Source: Camelus dromedarius
Taxonomy: Eukaryota
NCBI RefSeq assembly: GCF_036321535.1
Contig: NC_087438.1
Span: forward strand, 13,084,001 to 13,148,000
Direction of reading: 5' to 3'
Length of the DNA: 64,000 nt
Position 1 is the stretch's first letter. Each line of letters starts with the position of its first letter. The position numbers and the translations under genes are program-made. Under the pieces are notes generated by a model, which had not been told where the DNA came from, searched no databases, and saw only the letters and a list, made by a program, of their open reading frames with translations. This document shows positions 52,032 to 64,000 of the stretch, piece by piece.

Positions 52032-52437
52032 TTTTTTCTTTAATTGAAATATAGTCAGTTTACAATGTTGCATCAATTTCTGGTGTACAGCATGTTTCAA
52101 TCATACATATTCATATATATATTTGTTCTCATATGCTTTTTCATTATAGGTTATTACAGGATGTTGAATATAGTTCCCCATGCTATGCAGACTTGTATAC
52201 CTATTTTATATATAGTAGTTAAAATCTGTGAATCTTGAACTCCCAGTTTATCCCTTCCCATGACCTTTCTCCCCCGGTAACCATAAGTTTATTTTCTGTG
52301 TCTGTGAGTCTGTTTCTGTTTTGTAAGTAAGTTCATTTGTGTGTCTTTTTCTTTTTTTTAAGATTCCACAGTAAGTGATATCATATGGTATTTTTCCTTC
52401 TCTTTTTGGCTTACTTCACTTAGAATGACGATCTCCA
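52032..52437 (-). mobile_element. Young cetartiodactyl L1 3' end
   Basis: 'ttaattgaaatatagtcagtttacaatgttg...ggtaaccataagttt...cttacttcacttagaatgacgatctcca'. Confidence 0.9.
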
Positions 52438-52584
52438 AAACAAGACAGAGATAGACTTTTGAACTCTAGGGAGTGGCTAGTTCATTTGCATTTGGTAGTA
52501 ATAATTCTTCCATGGCTATAGAAGTTAAATTTCACCAAAATGTCCTTGATCTATTGTCATAATACCACATTCAATAGAAAAATA

Positions 52585-52750
52585 AGGGGAAAGGTATAGC
52601 TTGAGTGGTAGAGCGCATGCTTAGCATACACGAGGTCCTGGGTTCAATGCCCAATACCTCCATCAAAAAACTAACTAAATAAATAAACCTAATTACCTCC
52701 CCCTGCAAAAAAAAATAAATAAATAAAAAAAACCCTAATTACCTCCCAAC
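52585..52750 (+). mobile_element. tRNA(Ala)-derived SINE, Vic-1-like, with duplicated tail
   Basis: A and B boxes; perfect 13-bp TSD caatagaaaaata at 52572-52584 and 52751-52763. Confidence 0.9.
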
Positions 52751-53889
52751 CAATAGAAAAATAGTATCTCCATCTAAATATTCATGTAAGATTTAAGATT
52801 ATAGATATGAACATACCCTATGTAAATAATTGAAAAAAAATTTTATCTTGATGAGGGCAGAATTTTTTTTACAGACTAAAATTCAAGATTTATATGACAG
52901 AAACTCACCAAATACACATACTCATATTTTATAATCTGATAGAGAAGTTGTTGTTGACTGGAAGTTTTGATTTTTAAACTGTAACATATTCTACTTAATT
53001 ATAATTTTATAAAATTCCACTTTTCTCAAGCCTGTGATCAGTCATATCTATTTGTTTTTATGCCATTATTTTTATTGGAATTTTAAAATTAAAATATCAA
53101 TAGGAACAACATCAGTATTTTGGTTTTAGGCGGAGGTGAAGAATACAATTTTATTTGTTCTGTCCCCTAGTATCTTGTTACATAAAATTTCAAAAATAAT
53201 CTATAAGAAAAGATGTTAGATTATAGATATGTATTTTTATACACACACATATGTAAAAGTTCATTTCCAAGTCACTGACTCTCCAGTTCAAAGCATCAGC
53301 TTTGAGGTTTATCAAAGGAATGTAGCCTTTGACTTGTCTTTAAAGAAACTGTAGTGAAGCACTTTATAAAAACATTTCATCAGTGTCAACACTGAAGCTT
53401 GAAAGGTGAGAAGTTAGAATGGGGAACATTTAGTAGCCTAAGATAAATGATTAACTTATAGTGTTAATACTGACACAGGCTAGTGAGAGAATGTTACCTG
53501 TCCTTACTCTGCTGTCTCCTATGATTATCTTAATCTCCATTATTTAATAGCTATGCAATCAAGTGTTTGTTGGATGAATGTTGAATACGACAGATCAGAT
53601 ATTTGTTCATTTACAGGGCACATTACTGGCACGTTTGCCACTAAACTGGATGACATTTTCAGTGTGATGGTAGACAATGTCATTGGTATCATTTTATAGC
53701 AAACATTAACAACAATTTTTTTGTTGATTTTAATCAAAGAATAGTTGTAAAAAAATCAGTCCAACAGACGAAATCATTTTTAGAAAACTGAATTTTATAT
53801 TCTATTATGCCACAGAGAAAAATGTCATGTATTTATTAATTTTTACACCTTAAGGCATCACATCCCAGAAAAGATTCGAGATAAAAGAA

Positions 53890-56695
53890 TCTGAGATTAA
53901 GGGTACAGCCTGAATATGTATATTGAAAAATGATACTCATTTAACTACCACTACACACAAGACCTTGACTATTTCCATTTCCCGAGAAAGTTCCCTCATG
54001 AGCCTGTCTAGAGCTCCCTCCAGTCAAGCAAACATTATTTTTATTTTGTTCACAGAGATTAACTGTGTTAGTACTAGGGTCACATCTCATAATTTGCATT
54101 TTCCTAATGAAAAATTATGTTAAGCATTTTTATATGCTGATTTCCCACCTGTATATTTTCTTTGTTAAAATGTCTCTGAAGTTCCTTTTCCATTTAATAT
54201 TTGGGTTATTTGCTTCCTTATTGAATTTTAAGACATCTTTACATATTCTGAATACAACTCCCATGTCAGACATGTAATTTGCACACATTTAGTTCCAGTC
54301 TGAGACTTGTCTTTCCATTCTCGTCATAGCATCTTTCACAGAGCAAAAAGTTTACATACAATGAAGTCCAATTTATCTTTTTTTAATGGAGATTGCTTCT
54401 AGTGTTGTGTCTATAATCTCATCATGAGACTCAAAATTACACAGATCTTCTCATTTATTTTCTTCTAGAAGTTTTATAGTATTGCATTTTAATTTATTTC
54501 TATTATCCATCTGAAGTTAATTTTGTGGAATGTGTGAGCTATGTGTTGGAATTCATTTTTAAAAATATACACTGTCCAATCATTTTGGTACCATTTGTTA
54601 AGAAGACTATCCTTTCTCCACTGAATTTCCATCAAATCTTTGTCAAAAATCAGTCGACTGTACTTGTGTCCATCTATTTCTATGTCCCTGTCCCATTTGT
54701 CTCCATGTTTTACTGGTATTCTAGATTACTGCAATTTTCTAGTAAGTCTTGAAATCAGGTAATGTGAGCCTTCCATCTTTTTGCTGTTGTGCTGAGTGTT
54801 ATATACTTCCTTTGACTTTCCATATGGTTTTAAGAATAACTTCATATCTGCAGAAGATTGCTATGAATTTATTGCTTTTGTGTCGAATATATAGACAGAT
54901 TTTTTTGTTAGCCTGGACAGAAGTTTATCAATATTTAAAAAATATTGAATTTTTAAATCAATGAACTTGAATTATCTCTCCATTTATTGCTGTTTCATTT
55001 GTTTTATTTTTCAGGCTTTTGTAATTTTCTGCGTACAGGGCATGCTCATATTTTTTAGGCTGATATCTAAGTTTTTTTCTTTTTTGGTGCTATTGTAAAT
55101 GACATTTTAATGATTTTGAATTTCTTTTATTTATTGCTAGTATGTAGAAAAACAGCTTAATTTTTTACATTGGTTTTTGTAGCTGATCTTACTAAACTTG
55201 CATTTTTATTCAAGGAATTTTTTTCCTCTATGAATAATTATGTAATCTGTAAATAAAACCAGTTTTATTGCACCCTTTTTGAATCTTCATGCCTTTTATT
55301 TTATTTTATTTTTTTTTTTGCCTTATTATATTAACTAGAACTTTCAGTATTTTGTCAATAGGGATGGGGGAAAGGAAGGTATTTGCCTTGTTTCTTATGC
55401 TAGGGGTAAAATATTCAACTTCTTACCATTAAATATAATATAAGGGGTAGGTTTTTCATATATATCCTTTCTTAGGTTAAGGAAGTTACCTTCTAGTTCT
55501 AGATTTTTAGTGTTTTATCATGAATGAAAGTTAAATCTTACCAAATGCTTTTCTGAAATCTTGTAATTTTGTCGTTGTGGTAGTTGAGAGCCAGCTGTGT
55601 TCCATGGGCGGTAAATACTAAGGTGGCAGGCCTTTAATGTGAGAATGTCTGTTGGTCTCTCCATGGGTTGCTCTGTCATAGGTGTTTGGTGTAGCTGTGG
55701 GCTCCAGTGGCACCAGATCTCTGTACTGAACTTGTTTGGTCTCTCCTCTTAGCTGAGGGCCTCCCTTGTTCTTCTCTTTAGCGCTCCCCCCTCCCCCCCC
55801 ACCGCCTTTCCTGGCCGTGATTCACTGTGGCTATGCAGCCTTATTAGCATGGTCATAGAGCGTGGAGAAGGGAAGGCCTTCTCTAATGTTCTGATTGATA
55901 CTCAGTTTTTAGAGTGCACAGCGGGCCTGTGTCTTGAGTCGTGAACTTCAGGAGCGTTTTTGTCCCTCCTCCAGGAGTAGAGCTTTCCCTGTATCACTTA
56001 ATCCCTTACCCAGCTGCTGCAGGTACATTTCAGTTTCCTTCATCTATGTCCCTGAAGCCTTCTCCTCTGTAATTAAGTTCTTTATTTTCCTTTTAATTGA
56101 GACAGGAAGGTTGGGACGGGGCTGGAATGGGGCTGGTGAGGCAGGGTTCTCATGCACCAGCCAGAACGGATCTTCCTATTGGCCTCTGATGATGACCTTC
56201 CTGAGGTTAAAATAAATCTTTTTTCCATGAGGAAGAAAGGACTGGGTGAACTTCACAATGGCTACTGCTTCTGTCCCTCTGCTGGAGTCACAGAGATGTA
56301 ACCTTGAACTTCATAATGAGGATCTGAGAGAGAAACTGGAGTAAAAGCATCTGAGAAAAGAGAACTATGACTGTGGCCCTGGGAGGTTCTTGTTCTCTTG
56401 TCAGCCGACACTTGGCCTCCGCAGTTCATAAATATTTCTACTTTAATCTTCCGACTGATTTGGAAGAGCTTGCTGTTTCTGCTCTGGGGAAGTAAATGTT
56501 AGGGCCTCTGGTTACTCTGGAAGTAACTTCTCTCCAGATTTCAGGGTGGCAGTTTGCTCTGCAACTTCTGTTCTCTGACGCATGTGAGAAAACCATTGCT
56601 TTTCTGTTTATCCAAGTTTTTGTTGTTGTTATTGTTGTAAAAACAGGGATGCTAAATTCTAAGCTCTAAAGGTTGGAGCTGAAACCAGAAATCTT
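53890..56695 (-). mobile_element. Old L1M element: ORF2 3' portion (~54060-55560) joined to 5' UTR-like sequence (~55560-56695)
   Basis: Antisense ORF2 motifs ('tttgcattttcctaatga', 'tgaagtccaatttatc', 'aggttaaggaagttaccttcta'), followed by a more GC-rich L1M 5' region ('ctctccagatttcagggtggcagtttg', 'ttggagctgaaaccagaa'). Confidence 0.75.
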
Positions 56696-57824
56696 GTATC
56701 CATTCTTCTGAGCATTCTCCCGTCCCCTTATCCCCTTCTGTGAACTTCATTTGTTTTTTAAGACAGAGTATTTAAAGCCACTCTGCAAAATTTTGACTAT
56801 GTGTTGTTTACAAATTACATTCTAGATAGCTTATGTCATTAGCAAAATTTTAATTTAACACTGATTTTATTACATATCATGGCATGTGAGTATGATTATC
56901 AAATTCTGTACAGCTGGTAAAATTGAAAATAGGAAAGTCAGCCTGTGACACTTTGGGTGCCCATCCTGGGAATATCTGTTCCTTGCTACCATCTGTTGTT
57001 GCTTAGAGAACTAAAAATCTCATCATGAATGGTGGTCTTGTCAACCAGCTAAGACTTAATTTTACCTTACCCATCCAAAGACAAAGGTTATGTTATAACT
57101 CATAACAAAAACAGTAACAACAGCTGTAATGCAACAGGGTGACACAAATACTTTAGAATTACTATAAGATTTCAAGAGAGAGAGAGAAACCATTATTGTA
57201 AATATTGCCAAGAAACCAAAAGAAATTGGTAGGGAGAGAAATATAGGTGGCAAGTTGCCAAAAGCATAAATCCCTAAAAGTAATTATAGACTAGATTTTT
57301 ATGTAAAATAAAACCATTTCAAGTATTCAAGCTTTAAGATTTATTTTCTCTGCAGGAAATGGCTTTTCATTTGCATTCAATATTGTAAATATCTCAGACT
57401 TCATGTGCGGATGCATTGCTCCTCGGATGAGGGTTTTTCCGTTTCCCCATTGTCTTTCCGAGGGGGAGAAACACATCCTCCTTGGACAGAAAGCTGTAGT
57501 GGCAAAATGTGCCCAGTGGGCTGATGACTGTGGTTGAGATGAGCCTCAAAAGCTGGGGAGCTGTGCATATAAAATTTTCACAATTTGAAAACTGGAATTT
57601 TTAGCTGGGCTTCCAGTGAATGAATAGCAAGTGAAAACAGGAAGCTGCAAGAAACTCATTTTTTTTTTAAATACCCTTGTGTGAAACATCACATGAGCTT
57701 TTAAAATATGTTTTAAACAACCTTGAGAGGAAGTTGCTGTAGGCAACAAAATTTCCAGTCACTACTCTGGGTTTCATACCCTTAATAGTAATGGCTAATG
57801 TGTCTTGGGCAACAGAATGATCTA

Positions 57825-57923
57825 AGGTCTCAGTTACCTGTGATTGAAAAGTTTCCTAGCCATGGGTCTTTCAATGCTAAAAATGGGATAGTCACAAGCA
57901 AACTGGGACAACTGGTCACCCTA
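57825..57923. mobile_element. MER94-like (hAT-Blackjack) fragment
   Basis: Terminal 'atgctaaaaatgggatagtcacaagcaaactgggacaactggtcaccct'. Confidence 0.6.
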
Positions 57924-58939
57924 CTTGGCACTTACTGTGTCGTAGGTATTTAACACCTCTCTCCACATTTAGTACTCCCATCAGTCCCTGTACAGCTTCC
58001 CTGAGGGCTGTAACCCATGGAGTTTGAATTTAGGGCCTACATTCTTTCTTATGGTGAACATAGCTTTGCAGCTTTGGAGTTTGGGTATGAATAACAAAGG
58101 GGAGGGCCATAAAGCTCATTTGTGTTAGCTACCAGGACTGTCGCTGTTTTATTTTTCATCCAAACATGAATCAAAGGAAGTAAAATAGGTGATGATGGTG
58201 AAATACACTGGGGTGTTAGTCGAGGGGAGCAGCTACTGACATAGATGAACCGGGTTCATCACAAGCACGGTTCTCTGGAAAGCAGCTGTCTGAGGTAGAT
58301 ATTAGTGGGTTCATTCTGGGAACGAACACCAATGGACAGAAAAGCAAAACAACAGGAGAAGGCCCCGGGAGAACATGGGCTGCCATGCAATGTGGCCAAA
58401 CCCCAGCTGATCACAGGCACTGAGAAGCTTAAATGGTCATCAGCAATGGCCTTTGATGGAGGGAGGGTCCAGAAATGAGTCACCTGTGAAATTAGATTGA
58501 TACCTTGGGACTAATACACACACGACTAGTCAGTCACTAGACACAGATGGAGAGTGAGACAGTTACAAGAGGGGAAGTAAGTCCGGGTTGTCTGCGGAAA
58601 GAGCCTCCAACAGCTGGGGGAGTAAGACCACATTTCTGAAGGGGTCTCTGGGCAACACATCATAGAATCCGCTGTTGGTGTAAAGGGAACCGAAACTTGC
58701 TACGGAGATTAATTTCCCTTAAAACCAGTGAGATTTCAAAGAATATCATTAAGGATGATAGTCTGTAGCATTCTTTTTGCTATTCCCTTTGCTTAGGAAG
58801 TTGCATGATTTTTTTCCAAATAAGTTGGTGAATGATGAATTAATTAATGATTTGACTTCATACTTGCCTCTCTAAAGTTCTGATGTATACACAAAAGTAA
58901 TGTCTTTCACATGGCATGTTCTCAAGCCAGAAGTTCCAT

Positions 58940-59105
58940 TAAAACATGAGTCAATTTGCCACGTGTGCAGAGGCACTGGTCTCATATCACATGCAATGCA
59001 GTCACTCTTCCTGGAACACAGAGCTTTGATGCTCCTCAATGATCAAAGTTTTCAGATTCCAAATATCTTCAAAGGAGCTGTCATGACTCTGGCTTTGAGT
59101 AGAGT
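58940..59105. promoter_or_regulatory. Candidate enhancer motif cluster (AP-1, E-box, STAT, TCF/LEF x3-4)
   Basis: TGAGTCA 58947-58953, CACGTG 58960-58965, TTCCTGGAA 59008-59016, CTTTGAT 59024-59030, ATCAAAG 59042-59048, TTCAAAG 59068-59074, in DNA with no repeat I recognise. Confidence 0.45.
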
Positions 59106-61112
59106 GGTCATCCACATTCAGTCACTCTTTCTTGGTTCTGCTCCTGAATTGCAAGCTTTCAGAGCAGTGGCTCTGTCAATACGGTTAAATGTGAGAGCAA
59201 TTTCTAACCAAAACACAAAAGAATCACAGTGTATGCTATGGATTTTGGTTACTTGCAACTGTCAGTCTGATTTCATGAAAACAAAGGTTACCAAAGGCAG
59301 ATAAAACATACGGTACCACTAAGGACTATGGCATGTGATGTCTCTCAACCTGCTTTACTATATATCACTGTTTTGGAATGCATTATTTCATGTTATTTTC
59401 TAACAAAAATTTTAAAGTTTTAACCAGTAGTGTCATGTGTAATAAGATAATGTTCTTACAGTACTGAAGAAAAAAAAATACAATGCTTTATGATATAGAA
59501 CGGTAGAGATACTTGCATACATACAGGTGATGCCATTTGCATATTTTTCACAAAAATTTTTGGCCTTTTAACTGAGCTAATGTATCACAGTACAATTTAG
59601 AGTCCATGAACTATTCTTTATTTTTATGACTGTCTCTAAATGAAGGTATAGCCAAGAGCATTTTTTTTTTCTTTGCTTTTTGTTTTTGGTATGGAGCCAT
59701 TGAACAATTTCGCCTTTATCAGTGTCAATATAATAAGTGTATTATATATACTTATCTTTTATTTTGATTTTTTCTCAATTCTATAAAATAAGTAACTTCC
59801 CACTCAACATCTTTTGCTTCCTCTATCTCTTATACATGGATTCTCTGAAAATACAGCTCCCATTTATGTTTTTCTCCTTTAAATATTCAGTGTTTAACAA
59901 GTGGCAAAATGTGGCTAAATGCTACACATTTATTAATGAAAATACCTACACTAATTTTTTCCTCTTGTCTGGTTTCTTTGTTTCAAGCCAATTTATAAGC
60001 ATAGATTGAAAAACTCTTTGGTACAGAAATGTAGAAATAAAAGAAACTCTTTAATTGTCACAGAAATCATAGAATTGAAGTGGTATATGCAGTGGAAGGC
60101 ATGCTTTGAAAGGACAGTGTCTCAGAGGCACTTAGACAGAATCTAAACTTCTTTGTTACCTGAGCAATTCCATGGTAGAGATCTGAATCAAGCTGGCAAG
60201 TTTTCACTCAGTTTTTTTCTTGATTCAAATACTGCACTTTACTGCATGAAATGTGCTGCACTAAAGGTATTTATTTCTCCCTAAAACATTATTTCTGTAG
60301 TGCTCTGCTTTCATTCAGCTTTAAGTTGATCTTCTATGATTTTGAAAACTTGATGCTTATTGATAAATTGTGCTTCATTCGTGGCGGATAAGGAGTGAGT
60401 ACTTACAACGTTCCTTCATTCTACATGAAAGTAAGAATGAGTTTGACATGAAGTGTGAGTTATAACAGTCACACTATATAAATACAGGTGCAGGTACAGA
60501 TATAGGTAAAAAGATTCTACGTTTGTTTCATCTAGTCAGAATGACAGTAGTAGGGTTTGGCTGGTAAATATTTTCATGTTATTTTCGCATTATTTTAATA
60601 GTTCTTGTGCTTTCTTTTCTGTTGTTTTCAGATGGACAGAAAAGCAGCTACGCCTCTGTTTAAAAAATACAGGTTATTTTAAGTTCTGATCCTGAACTAC
60701 TTTCACAAATCAATATATTCTTATATACCTCACCTAAATCCTGCTTAGCGAGAAATCTAAAGTTTATGTTGCTATCAGATTGAAGAATTTTTTTTAAATA
60801 TTTGGTTTGCTGAAGAAGATTTAGGTACTTTTAGTGAAATTTATAGTTTAGTTGTACAAGCATTATTTGAACAAATCACAGCATCTTTATGTTACTTCAA
60901 ATCTCCATCTTGGCTATACATTGCATTTTCTCTTAAGATCACAAATCATTTTCACACACATTCTTTCACTTGCTGTTGGATTTTCCTAAATTGAATCATT
61001 TTATATCATTCTCCCTATGGACATCCATAAAAGCTTTCCCTATGTTTTTGCTTTATTGAATAGAAACAAGCATATCCTTTTTTTCGATATAGAAATTACT
61101 ATTGAAAAGCCT

Positions 61113-61139
61113 ATTTCTCCATAATAATTATGGAGAAAT
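61113..61139. repeat. Perfect inverted repeat, 13-bp arms with a 1-nt spacer
   Basis: atttctccataat-a-attatggagaaat. Confidence 0.95.
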
Positions 61140-62502
61140 TCCATATTCACATTCTATTGGTTTTATATTACTCATTATTATAGTATTCACTAAAACCAAT
61201 TTAATAAAGACTAATTTCTCTCTGATCTTTAAAAATAACACTTAGTGGCAAATTTTGAAATATTTTGTTTTATTGACTACCCATCACCCTAGGACTGATT
61301 TTATTTTTCAGAATAAAAATTCAATACTTCATCTTGTTTATAGATTTTCCTTGATAAGACGATTTCCTTTGTAGATTGGCTATTTGAATTTTTTTTAAAT
61401 GTAACCTCTTGTTTTTTACCTTTTGCTTTTAAAGGAAAAAGTCTGGATATAGTGACTGTTGGAAGTTGATGGGGATGTGAGTGGGGGAGGAGCTGCCAGT
61501 AGCCGCTTTTGGGGGACCTAAGCCATTCTAATTGCCTCATGCAGAATCAAGGGCCTTAGTATATTAATCAGATTAGAAACATCTTCCAGCAGGGTTAAAG
61601 TTATTACCCTAGATTCTTCCTTTACCCTCTAGGGATCTTTTAGGGGAAAAATAGTTTCATATCAACCACACATAAATTAATATCATGAGACCTCATAATT
61701 AAGCACTATTATTTTTAGAGTGACTTCCAGAGCACTGAAGTTCTGAGAATTATGATTCTCAATGCCATAATGACATATTATGAGTATTTTTGAGATGGAT
61801 AATCTGGGACCAGAAATTTTGCACTTTGTCAGGATCCCATAGCTAGGAGAGACATTGAATGCTTCAGATATAAAATTAGAATAATCCTGATCTATGAAAA
61901 AATCAGTGTATTATTTAGTTGGAACCAGGTTAAAATTATAGCATTAATCTTACAGAAAAATGTATTAAAAAGTTGTGAATGTCTCTATCAAGCATAGTTC
62001 CTAAGAGTGTTTTCTTTAAGCACATGTGTGTAGGAGGTGTTTCATGGTTCACACAACTGCTCTTCTCATTTCCCCTTCTATATTGGCAGACAGCTTGAAA
62101 TACCTCATTACCAATGTGATTTTAACTCCCTTTTAAGTAATTTTGGCTTTGTTGTCTAGATGTCAAGTGATATATTTTTTTAAAGTTTAGTAGTTTTGTA
62201 AAAACATTTCTAAATGTTTATAATTATGGCATGATTTACCTGAGTACATAATATTCATTATAAATGTATAGATTTGAATATTTTTTAATTAAAGAAGCTA
62301 ATTTTAATTATAGATGTCAGTATTTGTTGTTTTCCATCATTGCTTCAGTTTGCTTCAGTCTCGCCCCCATTGTTGGATTTTCTGGGGCTATCTCCTATAT
62401 TCTTTGTTTTCCCCCAAATCTATTTAATCTCTATTTACTTGTGTTAGTTTCCATTTAGTTTTCTTTCCCATAATCAGTATTTTCTTTTTTTCTAAATCTT
62501 GT

Positions 62503-63608
62503 TACATACATCTTCTTTATCCACTCATTCTTCAGTGGACACTTAGGTTGCTTCCTTGTCTTGACTATTGTAAATAGTGCTGCTATGGACAGATTTAGAG
62601 TTTTCTTCTGATATATGCCCAGGAATGGGATTGCTGGATCACATGGTAAGTCTATTTTTAGGTTTTTTTTAAAGGAATCTCCATACTATTCTACATCATG
62701 GCTGCACCAATTTACATTCCTGCCAACAGTGTAGGAGGGTTCATTTTTCTCCACACCCTTGCCAGCGTTTATGATTTGTGGACTTTTTAATGATAGCCAT
62801 TCTGACTGGTGTGAGGTGATACCTCGTTGCAGTTTTGATTTGCATTTCTCTAATAATTATCAATACTGAGCATTGTTTCCTGTGCCTTTTGGCCACCTGT
62901 GTGTTTTCTTTGGGGAAACGTCTGTTTAGGCCTTCTGCTCATTTTTGTATTGCACTTTTATTTTTTTCATATTAAGCTGTATGAGCTGTTTGTATATTTT
63001 GGAAATTAATCCCTTGTCAGTCACATCATTTGCAAATATTTTCTCCCATTCAATAGATTGTCTTCTTGCTTTGTTTGTAGTTAATTTTGAGATGCAAAAG
63101 CTTTTACATTTAATCAGGTCCCATTTGCTTATTTTTGCTTTTATTTCCAGTTACTCTAGGAGATGGATCCAAAAAAATATTACTGTGATTTATGTCAAAG
63201 AGTGTTTGCCTATGTTTTCTTCTAGGAGTTTTAGAGTACCCAACCTTACATTTAGGTCTTTAATCCATTTTGAGTTTATTTTTGTATAAGGTATTAGCAA
63301 ATGTTCTAATTTCAGTCTTTTACATGTAGCTATCCAATTTTCCTAGCACCACTTATTGAAGAGACTGTCTATTCTCCATCATCTATACTTGCCTTTTTTG
63401 TCATAAATTAATTAACCATAAAAGGATAGGTCTATATCTGGGCTTTCTATCCTGTTTCATTGATTGATGTGTCTGTTTTTGTGCAAGTGCCATACTGTTT
63501 TGATTACTGCAGCTTTGTAGTATAGTCTGAAGTCAAGGAGCATGATTCCTCCAGCTCTGTTCTCCTTTCTCAAGATTGTTTTGGCTATTTGGGGTCTTTG
63601 TGTGGTTT
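62503..63608 (-). mobile_element. Relatively young L1 ORF2 3' fragment
   Basis: Classic antisense ORF2 sequence: 'ggacacttaggttgcttcc', 'ggctgcaccaatttacattcctgccaacagtgtaggagggt', 'gtagtatagtctgaagtcaaggagcatgattcctccagct'. Confidence 0.92.
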
Positions 63609-64000
63609 TATTTATTCTTAATGAATATTTTGTTTTTACTACAAAGTATAGAAATATAAGTTTTATGTAATTTTTCTAAATATAGCAATTATAAAAATGT
63701 TTCTTCCAGGAAGATTTGCACTGAACATTGCACTAAAGATCTTAAACTTCTGAGTGAGTTAATCAGCCAAGCAAACAGACAACACTGTTTAGAAGTACAT
63801 TAAGTTACAAAAATTACATGATTTTCACTGTTTCTTGTAATGGCAGTTTCTGTGTTAAACAAGATATTATAGCTATCAAGCCAATAAATGGAGACTTGTT
63901 TGGAATAGGTTTGAGAACCATTAGGACTAGATAATTCCAGAGGTAACTCTGAAATTTTCTAAAGAAAATGCCAGAGTTATAATTTGAAATCCTTTCCCAA

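Noticed and set aside
58900..59304. Longest ORF in the window (134 aa)
   Set aside because: No recognisable domain, weak start context and no splice framework; this length is expected by chance in 64 kb.
62945..63289. 114-aa ORF
   Set aside because: Antisense reading of L1 ORF2; not a gene.
1..64000. L1 strand bias as a hint of a host gene's direction; CpG island; CRISPR or other prokaryotic systems
   Set aside because: L1 fragments occur on both strands with no decisive bias, no CpG island is visible, and the DNA is mammalian with no repeat-spacer array or operon.

Overview
Mammalian, AT-rich, repeat-dense non-coding DNA (intergenic or deep intronic). It is almost certainly from a camelid: there are two copies of a tRNA(Ala)-derived SINE resembling camelid Vic-1, plus cetartiodactyl-type L1 3' ends. 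I cannot support any protein-coding exon, and none of the supplied ORFs resembles a known protein; several simply overlap L1, LTR or low-complexity DNA. Much of the window is recognisable interspersed repeat: solo ERV1-type LTRs (two with visible TSDs), young and old L1 fragments, MIR, L2, MLT1 and hAT DNA-transposon relics, and microsatellites. The most interesting signals are regulatory or structural: (1) four strong CTCF motifs all in the same orientation between ~9 and 34 kb, one inside a MER91-like palindromic transposon relic; (2) a compact TCF/LEF + STAT + AP-1 + E-box motif cluster at ~59 kb; (3) a GC/CpG-rich unidentified retrocopy-like insert abutting an old L1 3' end at ~31.5 kb; (4) a few well-formed isolated splice signals that may belong to lncRNA exons. 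Repeat family names are recalled by eye from consensus sequences and need RepeatMasker/Dfam confirmation; boundaries of old repeats are approximate. I found no evidence for a novel protein-based system.
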